Shown here one piece after another: positions 33,989 through 48,879 of a stretch of DNA of 64,000 nucleotides. Location of the stretch: assembly GCF_004010195.1 (NCBI RefSeq), contig NC_057719.1, positions 26,936,418 to 27,000,417 on the forward strand, given 5' to 3'. The stretch is from Chiloscyllium plagiosum (taxonomy: Eukaryota). How positions within the stretch are numbered: position 1 is the stretch's first letter; the number at the start of each line of letters is the position of its first letter. A model generated the notes under the pieces. The model searched no databases and had not been told where the DNA came from. It worked only from the letters and a program-made list of their open reading frames with translations. A program made the position numbers and the translations under genes.

Positions 33989-36900
33989 AATAGCCTCATC
34001 ATTTTCCCACATTGTAATTTATATGTTGGCAGTATCAATGAATTGTGGCTCTTGGTTGGGGTAGATTGCCCTAAAGCCTCCATTCTGTGCCAAGTTAAGA
34101 GCCCATGTAATTTGCAGTGCTAGAAGATAAGCCACTATTGACTTTAATGAGGAAAGGTACCCACCATACCAACAAGGTGTATTTTGTTGCTTCATAGCAA
34201 TAGGCAGAAGGAATATTGACTAATTCTGTAAAACGTTGAAGCTTATCAGGAGTCAGAGTTGATGTAACTCTTTCTACTACAATATCATACTGGACTCACT
34301 CTTCTTCATGCAAAGACTGTGCGTTGTCAGATTGGAGCTTAATGCAACTTCAAAATGATCTGTTTCAGAACCCTCTTACAATATCTCACCCCAAGTTTTC
34401 TTTTCCCATTAGTTTCCACTTACACGTTCAGACATACTACTTTGACATTCAGTATTGCCACAATACCTTCTCATATGTCTCAGACTTCAAAAATTCGGCC
34501 ATCAATGAAATTTCACAGTTATTGTTGAATACATTCTGTTCAGAATTGGAAGATTGGCAGGTCTTTGGTGAGAGGACAGTTGTGACCTTGATTTTGATTT
34601 TTTGTAAATCATTTTTCGGCTGGACGATCGTTCGTCACTTGAATGTCTTTCATGGAGGATGTTGATCCTGCTTAAATTGATAACTAGTTCATTATTGTAT
34701 TTAGAGGACCTTTAATTTCCTGAATTTCCTCCGCAGATGCGCATTTCCATAGTACTCCAGTTGTTGCCCACTACATCATCTAGATGATATTTAATCTTAT
34801 CAGTGGCCATCATGGAGGATAGCTATTCAAGTACCTGCTTACTTATAGTGTCGTAGATTTTCAGATGCAATTTCATCTACTTAGAAACAGAAAAACATAG
34901 GAACATGGGTAGGTCATTCAGCCCTTTGAGTTTGCTCCACCCTTCGGTATAATGGTGTCTGATCATCCAACCCAGTACCCTCTCCCTACTTTCCCCCCAT
35001 CCTGTTTTTGATTCCTTTAGCCCTAAGCACCTCAAACTGCTTTCTATGAAAAAGAATTACTCAGGCTCACCACACTCTGTGTGAAGACATTTCTCCTCAT
35101 CTCTTTTTGACTGTGACCTGAATTTGTAGACCATGTTCCATCATCATTCAGTCAGAACTCTGTTTTGTTTTGGCAAATTGTTCTTCCCATCATACCTATG
35201 GATTAGGAGCAGAAGCTGACCACTCGGCCCTTTGAACTTGCTCTGCCTTTTGATGGTCATAGCTGAGTTTGTTACTCCACATTCCTGTTTACCACAGAGA
35301 ACCTTTCACCACTTTACTTATCAATAATCCAACTATGTCTGGTTTCAGAATATTCACGGGCTATGCTTTGAGGAAGACTGTTCCAAAGGCTCATGATTGT
35401 GAGAAAAATATTCTCCTTATCACTGTCTTAAATAGGAAGCCCCTTCTGGATGTAGGTTTGCTCGCTGAGATGGAAGGTTTGTTTTCAGATGTTTTGTCAC
35501 CATTCTATATAACATCTTCAGTTAGCCTCTGAATAAAGCACTGGAAGCCCCTTATTTCATACAATGACCTGATGCTTCCTTTTTCTCTGGCTGAATATGT
35601 TGGGGAGTTCCTGAACATCCAAATTCCATTTCTGGTAGCCATTCCTGCAAACCACGTAGGCTTCACACCTCCCCAAGTTCCCATTCAACCTGTATACTTG
35701 CTCCTATGTTGACCTACCTTCCCCCGTACAGCCCCAGTAAGTGAGCTGTGCATGCCAGGTGTGGTCATTCACTGCCCTCAACCCATGGTGCCAGCTTCCT
35801 CATGACCATGGAAGAACCCCCATCCTGCATGACCTCTTCTCAGCCACACTTTACTGTATGCTCCCCATCTTTGCATACACATTTGCCCCCTTCACAAGTG
35901 TCATCCACCCTTGACTCCCAGCCTGCAGCCCTCAGTCGCAAAGACTATTTTATTGAGTCTTCTTCATGTGACAATGAATGGTCTTGCCCATTTTCCTTTG
36001 TTTCAGCGGCTGGATTCCACAGACTAACCATGACCCACCCCCTTCGGGGTCCTAACTGGACAGCATGAGACAATGTATACCCAGATGAGGAGAAAGTGAG
36101 GACTGCAGATGCTGGGTGTCAGAGTCGAAAAGTGTGGTGCTGGAAAAGCACAGCTGTTCAGGCAGCATTTGAGGAGCAGGAGAGATGATGTTTCTAGCAC
36201 CACACATTTTGATCGACAATGTACCCAGACCCCAGCAAGGGTGTATATTTGCTGACCCGATCACATTAGTTCTACCCTCTAGACTAGCTGCTGCTATGGA
36301 GCCATCAAACCAACTGAGACCAATATTCCCTCTAATTATGTTTTCAATATGTGGACTTCTGACATCTGAAATTGGAAACCAATGCATTGCCTAATCAGCG
36401 AACTGAAACCTCAGAATGGCTATGCACCCAATCTCTGGGATACAGAGGTACAGAGCCCCTCACTAAACTTAATCTGATTGGCCATCTGATTGTAACAATT
36501 CTCCTGGATGGTATGGGAGGTTGCCTTAAATTACTGTGCCAGAACCACCTGGACTGACTGATATCTCCATGGGCTTCGGTGAGAAATAATCCTCTAAGAC
36601 TTTGCAACATGGCTGCTTGCTTGCTGCACATTCAGGTAAGCTGCTGGCACAGGGAGGAAGTGCGAGGTCCACTTCAGTAGTATGTATGCCACCTGGACTG
36701 AGGACTACTAAACTAGCAGGGCAACTGTGTGACTGAGCTAATTGCCCCTGCAAGGCATGACAGGGATGGTACCAGCATGCAGGTAGCCGCTAAGTGAGCG
36801 AGTGCTACGAAAGGAGCTGAGCAGCCCTGAGCTAGGTGCAGTTGTGAGCTGGATCCCTAACCGTGTGAGTAAGGTGCCCCTCCTGCAGCTTTCTAATGCA

Positions 36901-38004
36901 TTCTGCAATGCAAGTCTGTGCTACCAGAGTTCCCTGCCAGGTTATCAGAGAGATGCTATGTCGGTTCTGAGGCGGTGGCAGATGCTGGCTGCCATTATCT
37001 GTGGACAAGGGATGCATGTGTGCCTGTGTGCCATGCAGTTTGATCAAATGCAACATGGAAGTCAGTGAGAGGAAGTGGTGACCTGAATCTGCCAGGTACT
37101 CACTTTGAGTTCTGTGTTCTGTTTTCTCCCTCTGGCTTGCTTGGAGAGTTTGTTAAGATCGAAAGGCTCAGTGTAATAAGGTAAGTTGGGCCACCAACAA
37201 GGCAATTATGGAGAAACAAACTCTCTTCATTGGCAACTTGCTGCTGCACAGTGAGAAATTCACCTCGCTGCCCATCAAAGGCATAAAAGATGGAGCAAGA
37301 TGCTCTTTTCATCAAGATCAGCCTTTCCAGACTTATAGACCATTTCTGTCACAAATCTTGCCACAGCACATCTTATTCAGATCCCTAAAAGATTGTATTC
37401 TCTGTTCCACATCTTTGAAGTTGTTCTTTTCTTGTCTTAAATGTACTCAGTGATTATGTCAACACTCTGGCCATGCTTTGGCCCTTGCTCCCAGTACTGT
37501 AGCTGTGACTTGTGGATACTTCTTTTCACTTTTATCTTTCCCAGACAGGCTTTCTGGAATGCTACTTAAGAATCTCCCCCTTGCCCATAGGAATCACTAA
37601 CTTTATGGCCTATTATCTATTAACACCTCTGCAGCCACTCAAAGATCCTGAGGATGCAGGTCATCAGGTCCATGCGACTTATCAGCCTTTAATTCCATCA
37701 GTTTATTTGGGAATTTTTTCAATCAGTCATATTTGTTTTAATTTCCTCTCTCCCTTTTGGTTTCTCATTTTCTACTGTTTTTCTGTCCTTATCATGCCCT
37801 TGTTTCCCATTATTGTTTCCTAGTGTCACCTTCTGAAGGACCAGTGCTTACACAAAAGAATATGACAGAGGTGATATATCAGATAGATCATACACTTTAG
37901 ACCAGGCTGCACATAGAAAGTTTAAAGGCAAAACAGGAAAAGAAACGAGAGGCAAAGAGGGAGAGTCTAAGCAAAGAATGTAAATAAATAATCTTACCGT
38001 TTAA

Positions 38005-38250
38005 TGCAAGGGGAGGTTACATTTAAATCGTACAAGATACTAGTGAGGCCACATCTGGATATTGTGTGTAGTATTGGTTATTTTATTTAAGAAAGGATGT
38101 AATACATTTCAGAGAATGTTTACTAGACTAATACATGGGATGGGTGCGTCATCTTCTGAGGCAAGGTTGGACAGGTTCGGCTTGTATGCATTGGAGTTTC
38201 GACGAGTAAGAAGTAACTTGATTGAAACAAATAAGATTCTGAGAAGTCAA
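38005..38250 (+). mobile_element. CR1 fragment
   Basis: FQRMFTRLIHGM..LYALEFRRVRSNLIET. Confidence 0.7.
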
Positions 38251-38799
38251 TAATATCAGCAGGGCCAGTGGCCAGGACTGGGACATATGAACAAAAAATT
38301 TCAAGGGATTTAAATGAATGGTGTACCATTTGTTTTTTGTTTCAATTGCTTACCCTATTGGAGGCAACATTTAGAGCCTGAATGAACTGTGTGGACATTT
38401 GTACTTTCACTTCCAGAATAAAGTTGGCAGGAGTGACATTGAGTCATGCAGTAAAGACAGCAAAATTTAATTTTCATGTAATTTGAGTGGTACCACTATC
38501 ATATTTTGCAACTGCAGTATCTGTTTTTACAGTTGCAAATTGACTTAGATCACTTACACAGATACTGCAGAGTAGGTATCAACTGGATGCTTAAAATTGT
38601 GTTTTCTAACTATAAGTAAGGTTCATAGCAATGTCACTGGTCGCTGCTCAGTAACAGCTATTTTAAAATGATTCATCTTTATTATTTTGTAGCCAATATA
38701 GATTAAAGACAATTAATAGATTTGTGACAATTAAAATTACAATGCTAAAAGTGTGGATTGCTGGAATTGGTAGTTACTATGTCTTTTTTCGAAATAAAG

Positions 38800-38915
38800 G
38801 GTGGGCAAAATTTGCTCGATTGACAAGAGCGCTGACAAATAGTCGAAGTGTTCTGCAGCAACTAACTCCAATGAACAAGTCTGATGGCGCCCATAAACAT
38901 TCCCGTCTGGCAGAA
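38800..38915 (+). CDS. KCNH5: KCNH5 internal coding exon, N-terminal linker
   Basis: aag acceptor, then (G)[38 protein letters not shown], then gtaagt donor. The exon is 116 nt and its phase is compatible with both neighbouring exons. Confidence 0.95.
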
Positions 38916-39425
38916 GTAAGTACTAAAGTCCCTGTTTGTGGTTTGATCTATTTTCTTTAGAATATTTGATCTGGACAGACAGGTTGTCAGAAAAAAGGCA
39001 TTCAATCCTGCATCTGGATTGACAGTTCTCACAATTTGAGACTACTAAGAAATCAGTCATATCTGGCATGATTTCTCCTTTTGGCTAACTCCTGGAATTA
39101 AGAGGCACCTTTTTATCTTAGGCTAATCTCCAAGAATCCCCCTCTGGGACAAATTACTTGGAAGAAAGGGACAGGCCCGTTGTGATCAGATATCCTCCCC
39201 TTTGGAATTTCAGCGGACACCTTGGCCAAACCTTGCAGTAGGTGCAAGACAGATGATATTACCTAAATGAGAGGAATGATTGTGGGCAATTTTGACTTCC
39301 TACCTTATTTTCTATCTGGAAAGTTTTCTGTCTGCTCCAGTGCAGGATAACGTCTGAATGGCAAAATTTGAGGAATGTTTAAATCTCACTGTTGTACTTT
39401 TTGAAGATATTAAAACTGTGCATAA

Positions 39426-39851
<426 letters not shown>

Positions 39852-41855
39852 TGACACATCTATATCTATTATCACAATATTTAGCTTTGTTCTGTCAATG
39901 TAAGGTTGGATTTGCAAGGGACCTTTTTGATGCGGTCCTGTTAAACCTAAATTAATGTTCTTGACTTCACAAATTTTAACTCCTAAATCTTGTGGACCAC
40001 ATAAATGCAACATGATTCTGGTAGCTTTTGTGTGATGTCGATTTGCGATTCAAGCAAGAGGATGGTTTCCTCTTTGTGAACTTAAGCAAAAATGATGAAC
40101 AGAAGCAGAATAGACCATTTAGTGGACTTACAAGGAAAGCTCAGGAGATGTAGATGTTTTGCGATTAAATGCATGCATTGCAGTAAAAACATTGATTGCA
40201 TATTCAGCCACCTTTTAATGGAGCGGCCCAATGGTTAAAATGAATGAATTTTCAAGGTCACAAGTCTTGTTTTTGTGAAATATAATGCTGCAAGAAAAAT
40301 AGTTACACCTTGATGAGCCGAGTGTGGTCAGCTGAAACATTTTGACACAGCTATAATTTTAATCATCAGACAGAAAAGTACAAACTCTGGAGAACGAAAA
40401 CTGTCGGAATACATTCCAGATTGTCAGGTTCTGAAAGACGGAATCTTTCCTTAAAACTATCACCATTAGCTTGGTGTAGGACTTACAACAACAGCCAGTA
40501 CTTTCTGTTTCTTTTCAGAATAATCACTTGCTTTCTTTATACTGAGAGCAAAACAACTGGTGCAGGATAATTCCCTTCATGTATTATCTAAAATATCTTG
40601 CTCCTATCCAAATAGGTCATCTCTTTATCTAGGTTGCATCCTAGACTTAAGACCTCCCTCATGAATATGTTGCTTTTACTTTAGTCTCATTGTAAAGATG
40701 AGCCATCACTCCATGACCAACTCTCCATGACTAAATTTCATTCCCTTTAATGAAGGTTATTTCTGCTCACCTGTTGGTTAAGGCCACAGTGTGACTTGGT
40801 GAGAATTTTATCTGGCTTGCAGGTAATCTCATCTAATTGCTTCATCTATTTTTCCAGCACATTATGTAAGGTGTACATGTGTGTCAAGGATTAGGCTGTT
40901 TTCTGATTAGTGTGTCCACAACAACTGAAACAATGTTCATTTAATGAAAGGCTCAATTTTTCCCTCTTAGATCTTGTGAAACGGCTTAAGGATAACTTTT
41001 CAGCTTTAACAAATCTGTTGCGCTGGGATCATCTATCAAGATTTTAAGATGGGGGCTTATGATTTTCCATTCAGCATGGATGGAAAAGCATGAAGGATAT
41101 ATATTTGAGTCTCTGAGTGCTGGTATGCATGCCAATAATGCTAAAGCTGAAAATTTATGTTTAGTTTTCATTATTAGACAAACTTAAAACCTGTCATCAA
41201 ACTCAATGGAGAGCATTTAGAGTGGACATCACACAGTGCTTCATTAAATACCTGCTATCCTGAAGTTTTGCACAGAGCTACTGATTTAAAAAAATGAGTG
41301 TTGTTAATGAAAAGCACTAGTTTGTAAAGAAGCCACTGAAAGAAAGATTTGTATTTATATAGCACCTGTCATGACTGAGGTTAGAGAAGTTCACTGTCTC
41401 TCTGTATTCCTGCTATTCCACTGGCCACAATGTATATTTAAATGATTCATCCAATGACCAATATGCTTAATTATATGTTTTATCTGTAATAGGTTCAGAA
41501 TAAAAAGATCCTTTGACCAAGTTTCTTTAATAAGCAACAAAATGATTACTTTATTATAATAGTAAGATTTATTTGACAAAGGTTCAGTGATAACTAACAT
41601 ACAGTCTGAAATGTGAAAGTATAAATTACCTTTCTAATCAGAATGGACATGCACACAGGTAAGTTCAAAAAAGAGAAAAAAAACACTTTCTCTGTAGAGA
41701 TTAACTTTGGAGAAAACACTTTGGCCAAGTACTTGTTAATTCTCGGAGAATAAAAGGATAAGATATGGAGTGATCCAGAATTTTTCTGTCCGCCCTTCTT
41801 GTACATGTAGAATTATCACTCGACACAGGGGGTTGTCCCCATCGGTTTTCTTCAG

Positions 41856-41996
41856 AATTTGGAGTTGCCGGTGTCGGACTGAGATGTACAAAGTTAAAAA
41901 TCACACAACCACCTGATGAAGGACCAGTGCTCCGAAAGCTAGTGCTACCAGATAAACCTGTTGGACTATAACCTGGTGTTGTGTGATTTTTAACTT
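41856..41996 (+). mobile_element. Short foldback insertion with a hammerhead-like core and a 12-bp TSD
   Basis: TSD ggttttcttcag at 41844-41855 and 41997-42008; inverted 19-mer at 41891-41909 / 41978-41996; CTGATGA at 41913. Confidence 0.8.
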
Positions 41997-42488
41997 GGTT
42001 TTCTTCAGGCACAATTCATCAGAATGTTGAGAACAAGTTTTCAGGTAGAATCACTGTTTCAGCTTTTTCAGCTGCCCCATGGTTTATGGATTAGAATAGT
42101 TAGGTGCAGACTCCATGGGTCAAAGGGCCTTTATTGTGCTGTGGATCTCTGCGACTGTATGGGGTTCTCAAGATATTTTTGTCAGGAAAGTGGCAAAAGC
42201 TGATCCTGAGTTCCTTATTTCTTGACAGAATACACCACAATTAAATTAAATCAAATGGCCATGCTGCTGGCAATTAGAAACTCTGACCTGGGTATTGTAG
42301 TAAGTTCAAGCAGGTGGCTAAAGAAAAATGAGTTTCAGTAAATAAATTCAAGCAGTTAAGTCATATGACTTGTAGTAATTTTTTTTAAACAAAAGTTTTT
42401 TGCAGTCTCCTTTCAGTGACCTTTGAAAAACATGTCCGCGTACCTCCTCAGCACCTCAAATAATCCAAATTTTACATCCCTTCAGGTA

Positions 42489-42614
42489 TGAGTCATACAG
42501 TCATAGAGATGTACAGCATGGAAACAGACCCTTCGGTCCAACCGCCCATGCCGACCAGATATCCCAACCCAATCTAGTCCCACCTGACAGCACCCAGCCC
42601 ATATCCCTCCAAAC
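42489..42614 (-). mobile_element. CR1 3' tail only
   Basis: Near-identical to about 19290-19410. Confidence 0.8.
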
Positions 42615-44134
42615 ATCAACATTTCAAATCTTTATAACACCTTTCACAACCTGACGTCACCCCAAGGTGCTTTGCAGTTGACAATGAATTTTGAAATCAC
42701 TTGCTGCTGTAATGTAAGAAAATTAGCAATAAATTTGCAAGCAGCAAGCTCCTAAAACCCACAATGTGGTTATGACTACATTAGTTTTTTTGGGGATGTT
42801 GACTATGGGATAAATATTGGCCAGGACATTGGAGATAATTCCTTTACACTTCAAAATGGGACCTTGGGAACTTTTACTTCCTCCTGCAAAGGAAAATAGG
42901 GCTTCAGTTTAATACTTCATCCAAGAACAGCACCTCAGATGGTTACACATTCTTTCTGCAATGTCCCTGAGTGCCAGCCAAGAGTTTTGCACTCAAGGTT
43001 CGGGAGTGGAACTTGAACTATCAGTTTTCAGCCTCTGAGGTAACAGTGTTCCTCATGGAATCACAACTGGCACTGTCAAAACAGCACAACTCCTTCTCAT
43101 TGGGAAATGCAGAAGCAAAGGTTTCCTGAAGCAGGCCATGAAAGAGTAGGAATATGACTGAAAGCAGGAACTGAGTATCACACACCACTGCAGAAATAAC
43201 TAAGCATTTGGTACTGACATGGCGATTTTTAAAATATGAATAGCACAGTAGTTCCCAAACAAACGAGGAGCATTGTGTCCCATGGAGTCGGAGATAAATC
43301 AGCCTCCTGTTCTCCTGCTAACAATTCTGGGAGTGCTGTCTACCAGATATAAAACTAAATCCCATCAACTGATTTCCCTGATATGAAATTTTAAGTAATG
43401 TCACTGATGCTATATGACAATATTGTTTGGGAATTGGCTGAATATAGGAAGTTCAGTCAAAGATCACTGACAGGATTGACTGAAACTTTCAGCACACCTC
43501 TGCAAAATAGTCCTGGTCTTTTTTATTCCTGCCCCATTTAAGCGCTTGGGAATCTTTCAGGTAATTTCTTTCAGGTATGCTTCTGCTGCTGCCTTTTTTC
43601 TGACCATTCCAAAACTAAAAGAGGTGTTTCCATGGGCATCAATCAATATATAATGATTTCGGACATCGGAAGACACAGAATGATTTCAGAATGATCAAAA
43701 GTGCTGAGTACTGATCCACTGTTACCATCCAACCTGTGCTTCAGCTAGAGGACTCATTATGTTGTCAGAAAGCAAGTACAGTACTTGCAGAGACCGCATT
43801 TTGCAAGAGATGCTGCTTTAGGGGAGACTTTCATGAAACTATATGTGACGGTCTGACAGACTGTGATACTTCTATGCTTTCTCAAAGCACGTTGCTTTGT
43901 GTGATACTTCATGAAAGCTTAGAGCCAGGAAAGCATTTGTCAGCATTGTCTGACTGACAGCATTTGTAAAATGTCACTGACCACACTCAATGGCCCTCCC
44001 ACACCTTCGTGTCAATGTCTGTGAATACACGGGGTAGTTAGCAAGGTGCAGAGTTGCGTCATCTGCTGCAGGCACTCCAGCTATCATGCATCTTAAGTTT
44101 TACTCTATTAGAGACAACACTGTTTAGCTGTGAT

Positions 44135-45428
44135 AGATAGGATTTACATGCATTTGGAGGGTCAAGGACTGATTAGGCATAGTCAGCATGGCTTTGTGCG
44201 AGGGAAATAGTGTCCCAAAAACTTGAGCTTTTTGAGGAAGTAATCAATAAGATTGATGAGAGTAGAGCAGTAGACGTTGTTCACATGGACTTTAGTAAAA
44301 CCTTTGACAAGGTTCCGCAAGGCAGGCTAATTAGTAAAGTTAGCTCACATGGGATTCAGGGAGAGCTTGCCAATTGGATACAAAATTGGCTTGACAGTAG
44401 CAGACAGAGAGTGGTGGTAGAGAGTCGCGTTTTCGAACTGGTGGCCTGTGACCAGTGGTGTTCCACAGAGCTTGGTATCGGATCCACTTTTGTTTGTCAT
44501 TTATATGAAGTATGTTGATGAGAATTTAGGAGATGTGGTTAGTAAGTTTGCAGATGGGATTAAACTTGGTAATATAGTGGACAGTGAGGAAGGTTATCAA
44601 AGATTACAAAGAGATCTTGATCAGTTGAGTCAATGGGCTGAGGAGTGGCAGGTGGAGTTTAATTTGGATAAATCGGAAGTATTTCATTTTGGTAAAACAA
44701 ACAAAGGCAGTACTTATGCAATTAATGGTAAAGTTCTGGGTAATGTTGTAGAACAGAGAGACCTAGTGGTTCAAGTACATAATTCTTTGAAATTTGCCTC
44801 ACATGTAGACAAGGTGGTTACGAAGGCATTTAGCATGCTTGCCTTCATTGCTCAGACCTTTGTCACATTGAGGTCGTACAGGATGTTGGTTAGGCCTCTT
44901 CTGGAGTACTGTATACAGTCTGGATGCACTATTATAGGAATAATTATTAAGCTGCAGATAGTTCAGGAAAGATTTACCAGAACAGTGCCAGGAATGGAAG
45001 GTTTCGGTTATAAAGGTAGGCTGTACAGACTGAGACCTTTTTCACTTGAGCATAGGAGGTTGATGGATGACCTTATAGAGGTTTATATAGCCAGGAGGGG
45101 CAGAGATAAGATGATAATAGGTAGATAGTTTTTCCCTAGGGCAGGGGAGTTCAAGACCAGCAGACATCATTTTAAAGTGAAATAAAGATTTAAAAAGGAG
45201 TTGGGGGAAATGTTTTTACACAGACAGTGGTTTGTATGTGGAATGAACTGCCAGCAGAAGTGGTGGATACAGGTACATTCACAACCTTTAAAAGATATTT
45301 GGATAGGTACATGAATTTGAAAGGTTTGGAGAGATATGGGCCAAATGCAGGCCACAGGGACTAGTTTGGTTTGGGAATATGGTCAGTGTGGACTGGTTGG
45401 AGCAAATGGTCTGTTTCCATGCTGTACA
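44135..45428 (+). mobile_element. CR1 LINE, 5'-truncated
   Basis: DFSKTFDKVP, TSGVPQ, KFADG and LVRPLLEYC. Confidence 0.92.
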
Positions 45429-47027
45429 AATATATGTTGAGAGTGTGATGCTGGAAAAGCACAGCAGGTCAGGCAGCATCTGAGGAGCAGGAGAATTAGG
45501 AGAAAGTGCAAATTGTACAAATATATGACCCTATGATTCTTGATGTGCCACAAAACTACCTGTGGAGATTATGCCAGCTCTGTTCAGCAGCTTTTAAAAA
45601 GAGAGTTAGGAGTGAGTCACAGATCCTGCTTCTTATTTTTGAATTAGATTTACTTTCATTGTCACCTTTTTCTATCTTAATAAAAGTGCCATTTTTTTTG
45701 AGCCATTTTAAACGTTTGAAAAATTTCCAGACTCTATCCCGTCACTTGCTTTCAGATCTCCACAGTTCCTTCAAACTGAAGCTGAATTGCAAGTTTTCAG
45801 TTGCTTCCTTCTCTCAGGTTATTGCTTTGCAGATTGAGGTTCAAAATGACTCTCGGAGCTATGAGTAATTATGTTGATAAGCTGACCATAGAAAATTTAC
45901 ATCATATGGGTATTGCTCCTCATCCATGAAAATTAAAATTGTATAAAATTACTAATGTCCAAGTGGTGAAGGTGAAAATTATCACATTTCTGCTGAGCTT
46001 TGCTTTTGTTTCCAATCATTCAGGAGTAAATGTGCAGCCGGAGTGGAAAATCTAAGCTACAGCCTGCTGTTTTCCTTTTCTTGCCCACAAAGGAGATCTA
46101 TTGTATTTTATTTAGATTGCATTGTGTTTTTTAATAATCTGCAGTACCAGCTGAAAGGTGAGCAATGGAAAGTCTTCATATTTATCAGTTTCTAAATTAT
46201 GGATTATAGGTGCAACAACTAGTGCAACCTCAATCAGATCTTTATTCTAAATGATTGATTGGTTTTGAGAGGTAGTCCTATTCTACTGCCTATCAAAAGT
46301 AAAAGGCAAATGTTAAAAAGGATAATAGGATACTGAAAAACATGATATGAATATTTTTCAAGTCATGGTTTTGCAGGTGTAGGACTCACAGTGAGTGGTG
46401 TTGTCAGGAGCTATGTGATTGAATCACAGGAGCAGATAAAGGTTAGTGCACTGACTGTAACTCTCAGCAGCCGGCTGACACAAGTGATAAGATTCAGACA
46501 TTGACATGATGGCACTACCTGAACACCCGTGCAACAAGCAGAATCTTCCAGGAGACTATTACAATTCCTGCTGCAAACAAAGCCATTTTTCACTGTAATG
46601 GCCATTGATGTACACTGTATGAATATATAATAATGTTTGACAGAAACCCAGATTTCATTTTTCAAGATTTCCGAAACCTTAATTACTAAGACAATGCTGG
46701 CCTCAATAATAAAATTGACAACTTTTGACCTGTGTAATAACAGAGTTTTATACGTGAAACTAAGCTGTGCACTATTAGTAAAGTTTTCACAAGAAATTTC
46801 CCAATCTACCATTTTAATAGATGAATGCCTTCTTAAAGAAGGAAATTAATCATGTGTTTTTCTAGTATTAACTGTCATGAGGCTTGTTCAATGGTTAGAG
46901 CACAAATAGAGGAATTGCACGCTTGACTGTTATGCACCCTAGCAGTGTTCAAACCTGTTGAAGTCAGTGACATTGAATTAATCTCAGGTAGAGTCTATAG
47001 CAGTCCATCTGTCTAACTTTCCTATGA

Positions 47028-47137
47028 GGATCCCCTTGTGGTGCAGTGGTAGTTTCCCTACCCCTGAATTAAAAGACCTGGGTTCAAGCCCCACTTGCTC
47101 CAGAGGTGTGTAATGACATAATTGAACAGGTTGATTA
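47028..47137 (+). mobile_element. Short tRNA-derived SINE, same family as 2644-2757
   Basis: cttgtggtgcagtggtag...gggttcaagcccc...gaacaggttgatt. Confidence 0.65.
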
Positions 47138-47289
47138 TGAAAAGCAAGTTAAATTAAAAACAAAATCTCCTGCTTTTGTAATTACCTGAGACAAACCTCT
47201 AGCAGGTTCAAGTCTCTATGATGTTATTTACATAACATTTATTTTCATATTCAGTTAATTCATATATTTATTCAGACTACCTATGGAAA

Positions 47290-48310
47290 GTATTCTGCCT
47301 GGAGGTCAGTGTTGAGTAGGGTCCTGTAGGGCTCTGTTCTTGGGCCTCTGCTCTTTGTTTTTATAAATAACATGGATGAGGAGGTTGAGGGGTGGGTTAG
47401 TTAATTTGCAGATGACACAAAGGTTGGATGTGCCTTCGATAGTATCGAGGGTTATTGCAGGCTGCAGCGCTACATGGACAGGATTCAGAGCTGGGCTGAG
47501 AAATGGCAGATGGAGTTCAACCTGGATAAATGCAAAGTGATGCATTTTGAAAGGTAGAACTCGAATGCTGAATATAGGATTAAAGACAGGATTCTTGGCA
47601 GTGTGTTGGAACAGAGGGATCTGGGTATGCAAGTACATAGATCCCTCAAAGTTGCCACCCAAGTGGATAGAGTTGTTAAGAAAGCATTTTGGCTTTCATT
47701 AAAAGGGGGATCAAGTTTAAGAGTCTCTAGGTTTTGCTACAGCTCTACGAGTCCGTGGTGAGACCACACTTGGAATATTGTGTCCAGTTCTGGTTGTCCT
47801 ACTATAGGAAAGATACAGAGGCTTTGGAGAGGGTGCAAAGAAGGTTTACCAGGATGCTGCCTGGACTGGAGGGCTTGCCTTATGAAGAAAGGTTGAATAA
47901 GCTTGGACTTTTCTCTCTGGAGAGAAGGAGGAAGAGAGGTGACCTGATCGAGGTATACAAGATAATGAGAGGAATGGATAGAGTCAATAGCCAGAGACTT
48001 TTCCCCAGGGCAGGATTGACTGGCACGCGGGGTCATAGTTTTAAGATGTTAGGAGAAAGATATAGAGGGGACGTCGGAGGAAGGTTTTTTATGCAGAGAT
48101 TTGTGAATGCATGAGATGCGTTGCCAGTGGTGGTGGTGATAGCAGAGTCATTAGGGACATTTAAGCGACTGCTGGATATGCACATGGATAGCAGTGAGTT
48201 GAGGGATGTGTAGGTTAAGTTTTTTTTTACATTAGGATTAAACCTTGGCACAACATTGTGGGCCAAAGGGCCTGTTCTGTGTTGTACGTTTCTATATCCT
48301 ATGTTTTATG
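47290..48310 (+). mobile_element. CR1 LINE, 5'-truncated
   Basis: FADDTKVG and VRPHLEYCVQFW..LERVQRRFTRM. Confidence 0.92.
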
Positions 48311-48879
48311 CAGAATGTTAGACAAGAGTACCAATCAGGGCACTAAATGGATGCTTGGCTGTCCCTTGTAGAGAAGGGATTTACCTCACGGCAGCTGCCA
48401 GTCAACAAGATGTGATTGATCTGGGCTTTATCCCATATACTGACCTTTGTCCCATTGCCTTCATGTTATATATCTCAAATATAAAATGAACAATTGGTCA
48501 GGCATCAGTTGCCATTTGCAGAACACAGTTCCAAAACTATGCTGTGTGGAAGTGCATCCAAATTTCATTCCTGACAGGTCAGGCACTAAAGATCTGACTC
48601 CTAAGTACCAGGGGTACAGTCTTTCCCTGAATCATGCGGAGACCAATATTCAAGCAAGCTATATAAATAGGAAAGTAGGGAAGGCTTTAAACTGAACAGT
48701 AACAATGAGGGATTATGGCTAGATGTAGTAAATCAAGTGTTAGGAGCAAAGGCAGGAGAACCAAGCAGCAATATGGAAATGAAAGTCAGAAAGTAGTGGG
48801 AAAGGACAGAGAGAATATCTCCAAGAGCATACTAACAGTTAAAATGAAATGTTACAAGGGTACCAAGAAGACAAAACAA

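Noticed and set aside
35560..37450. GC-richer stretch with many short ORFs, possibly an old transposon remnant
   Set aside because: There are no recognisable protein motifs or boundaries.
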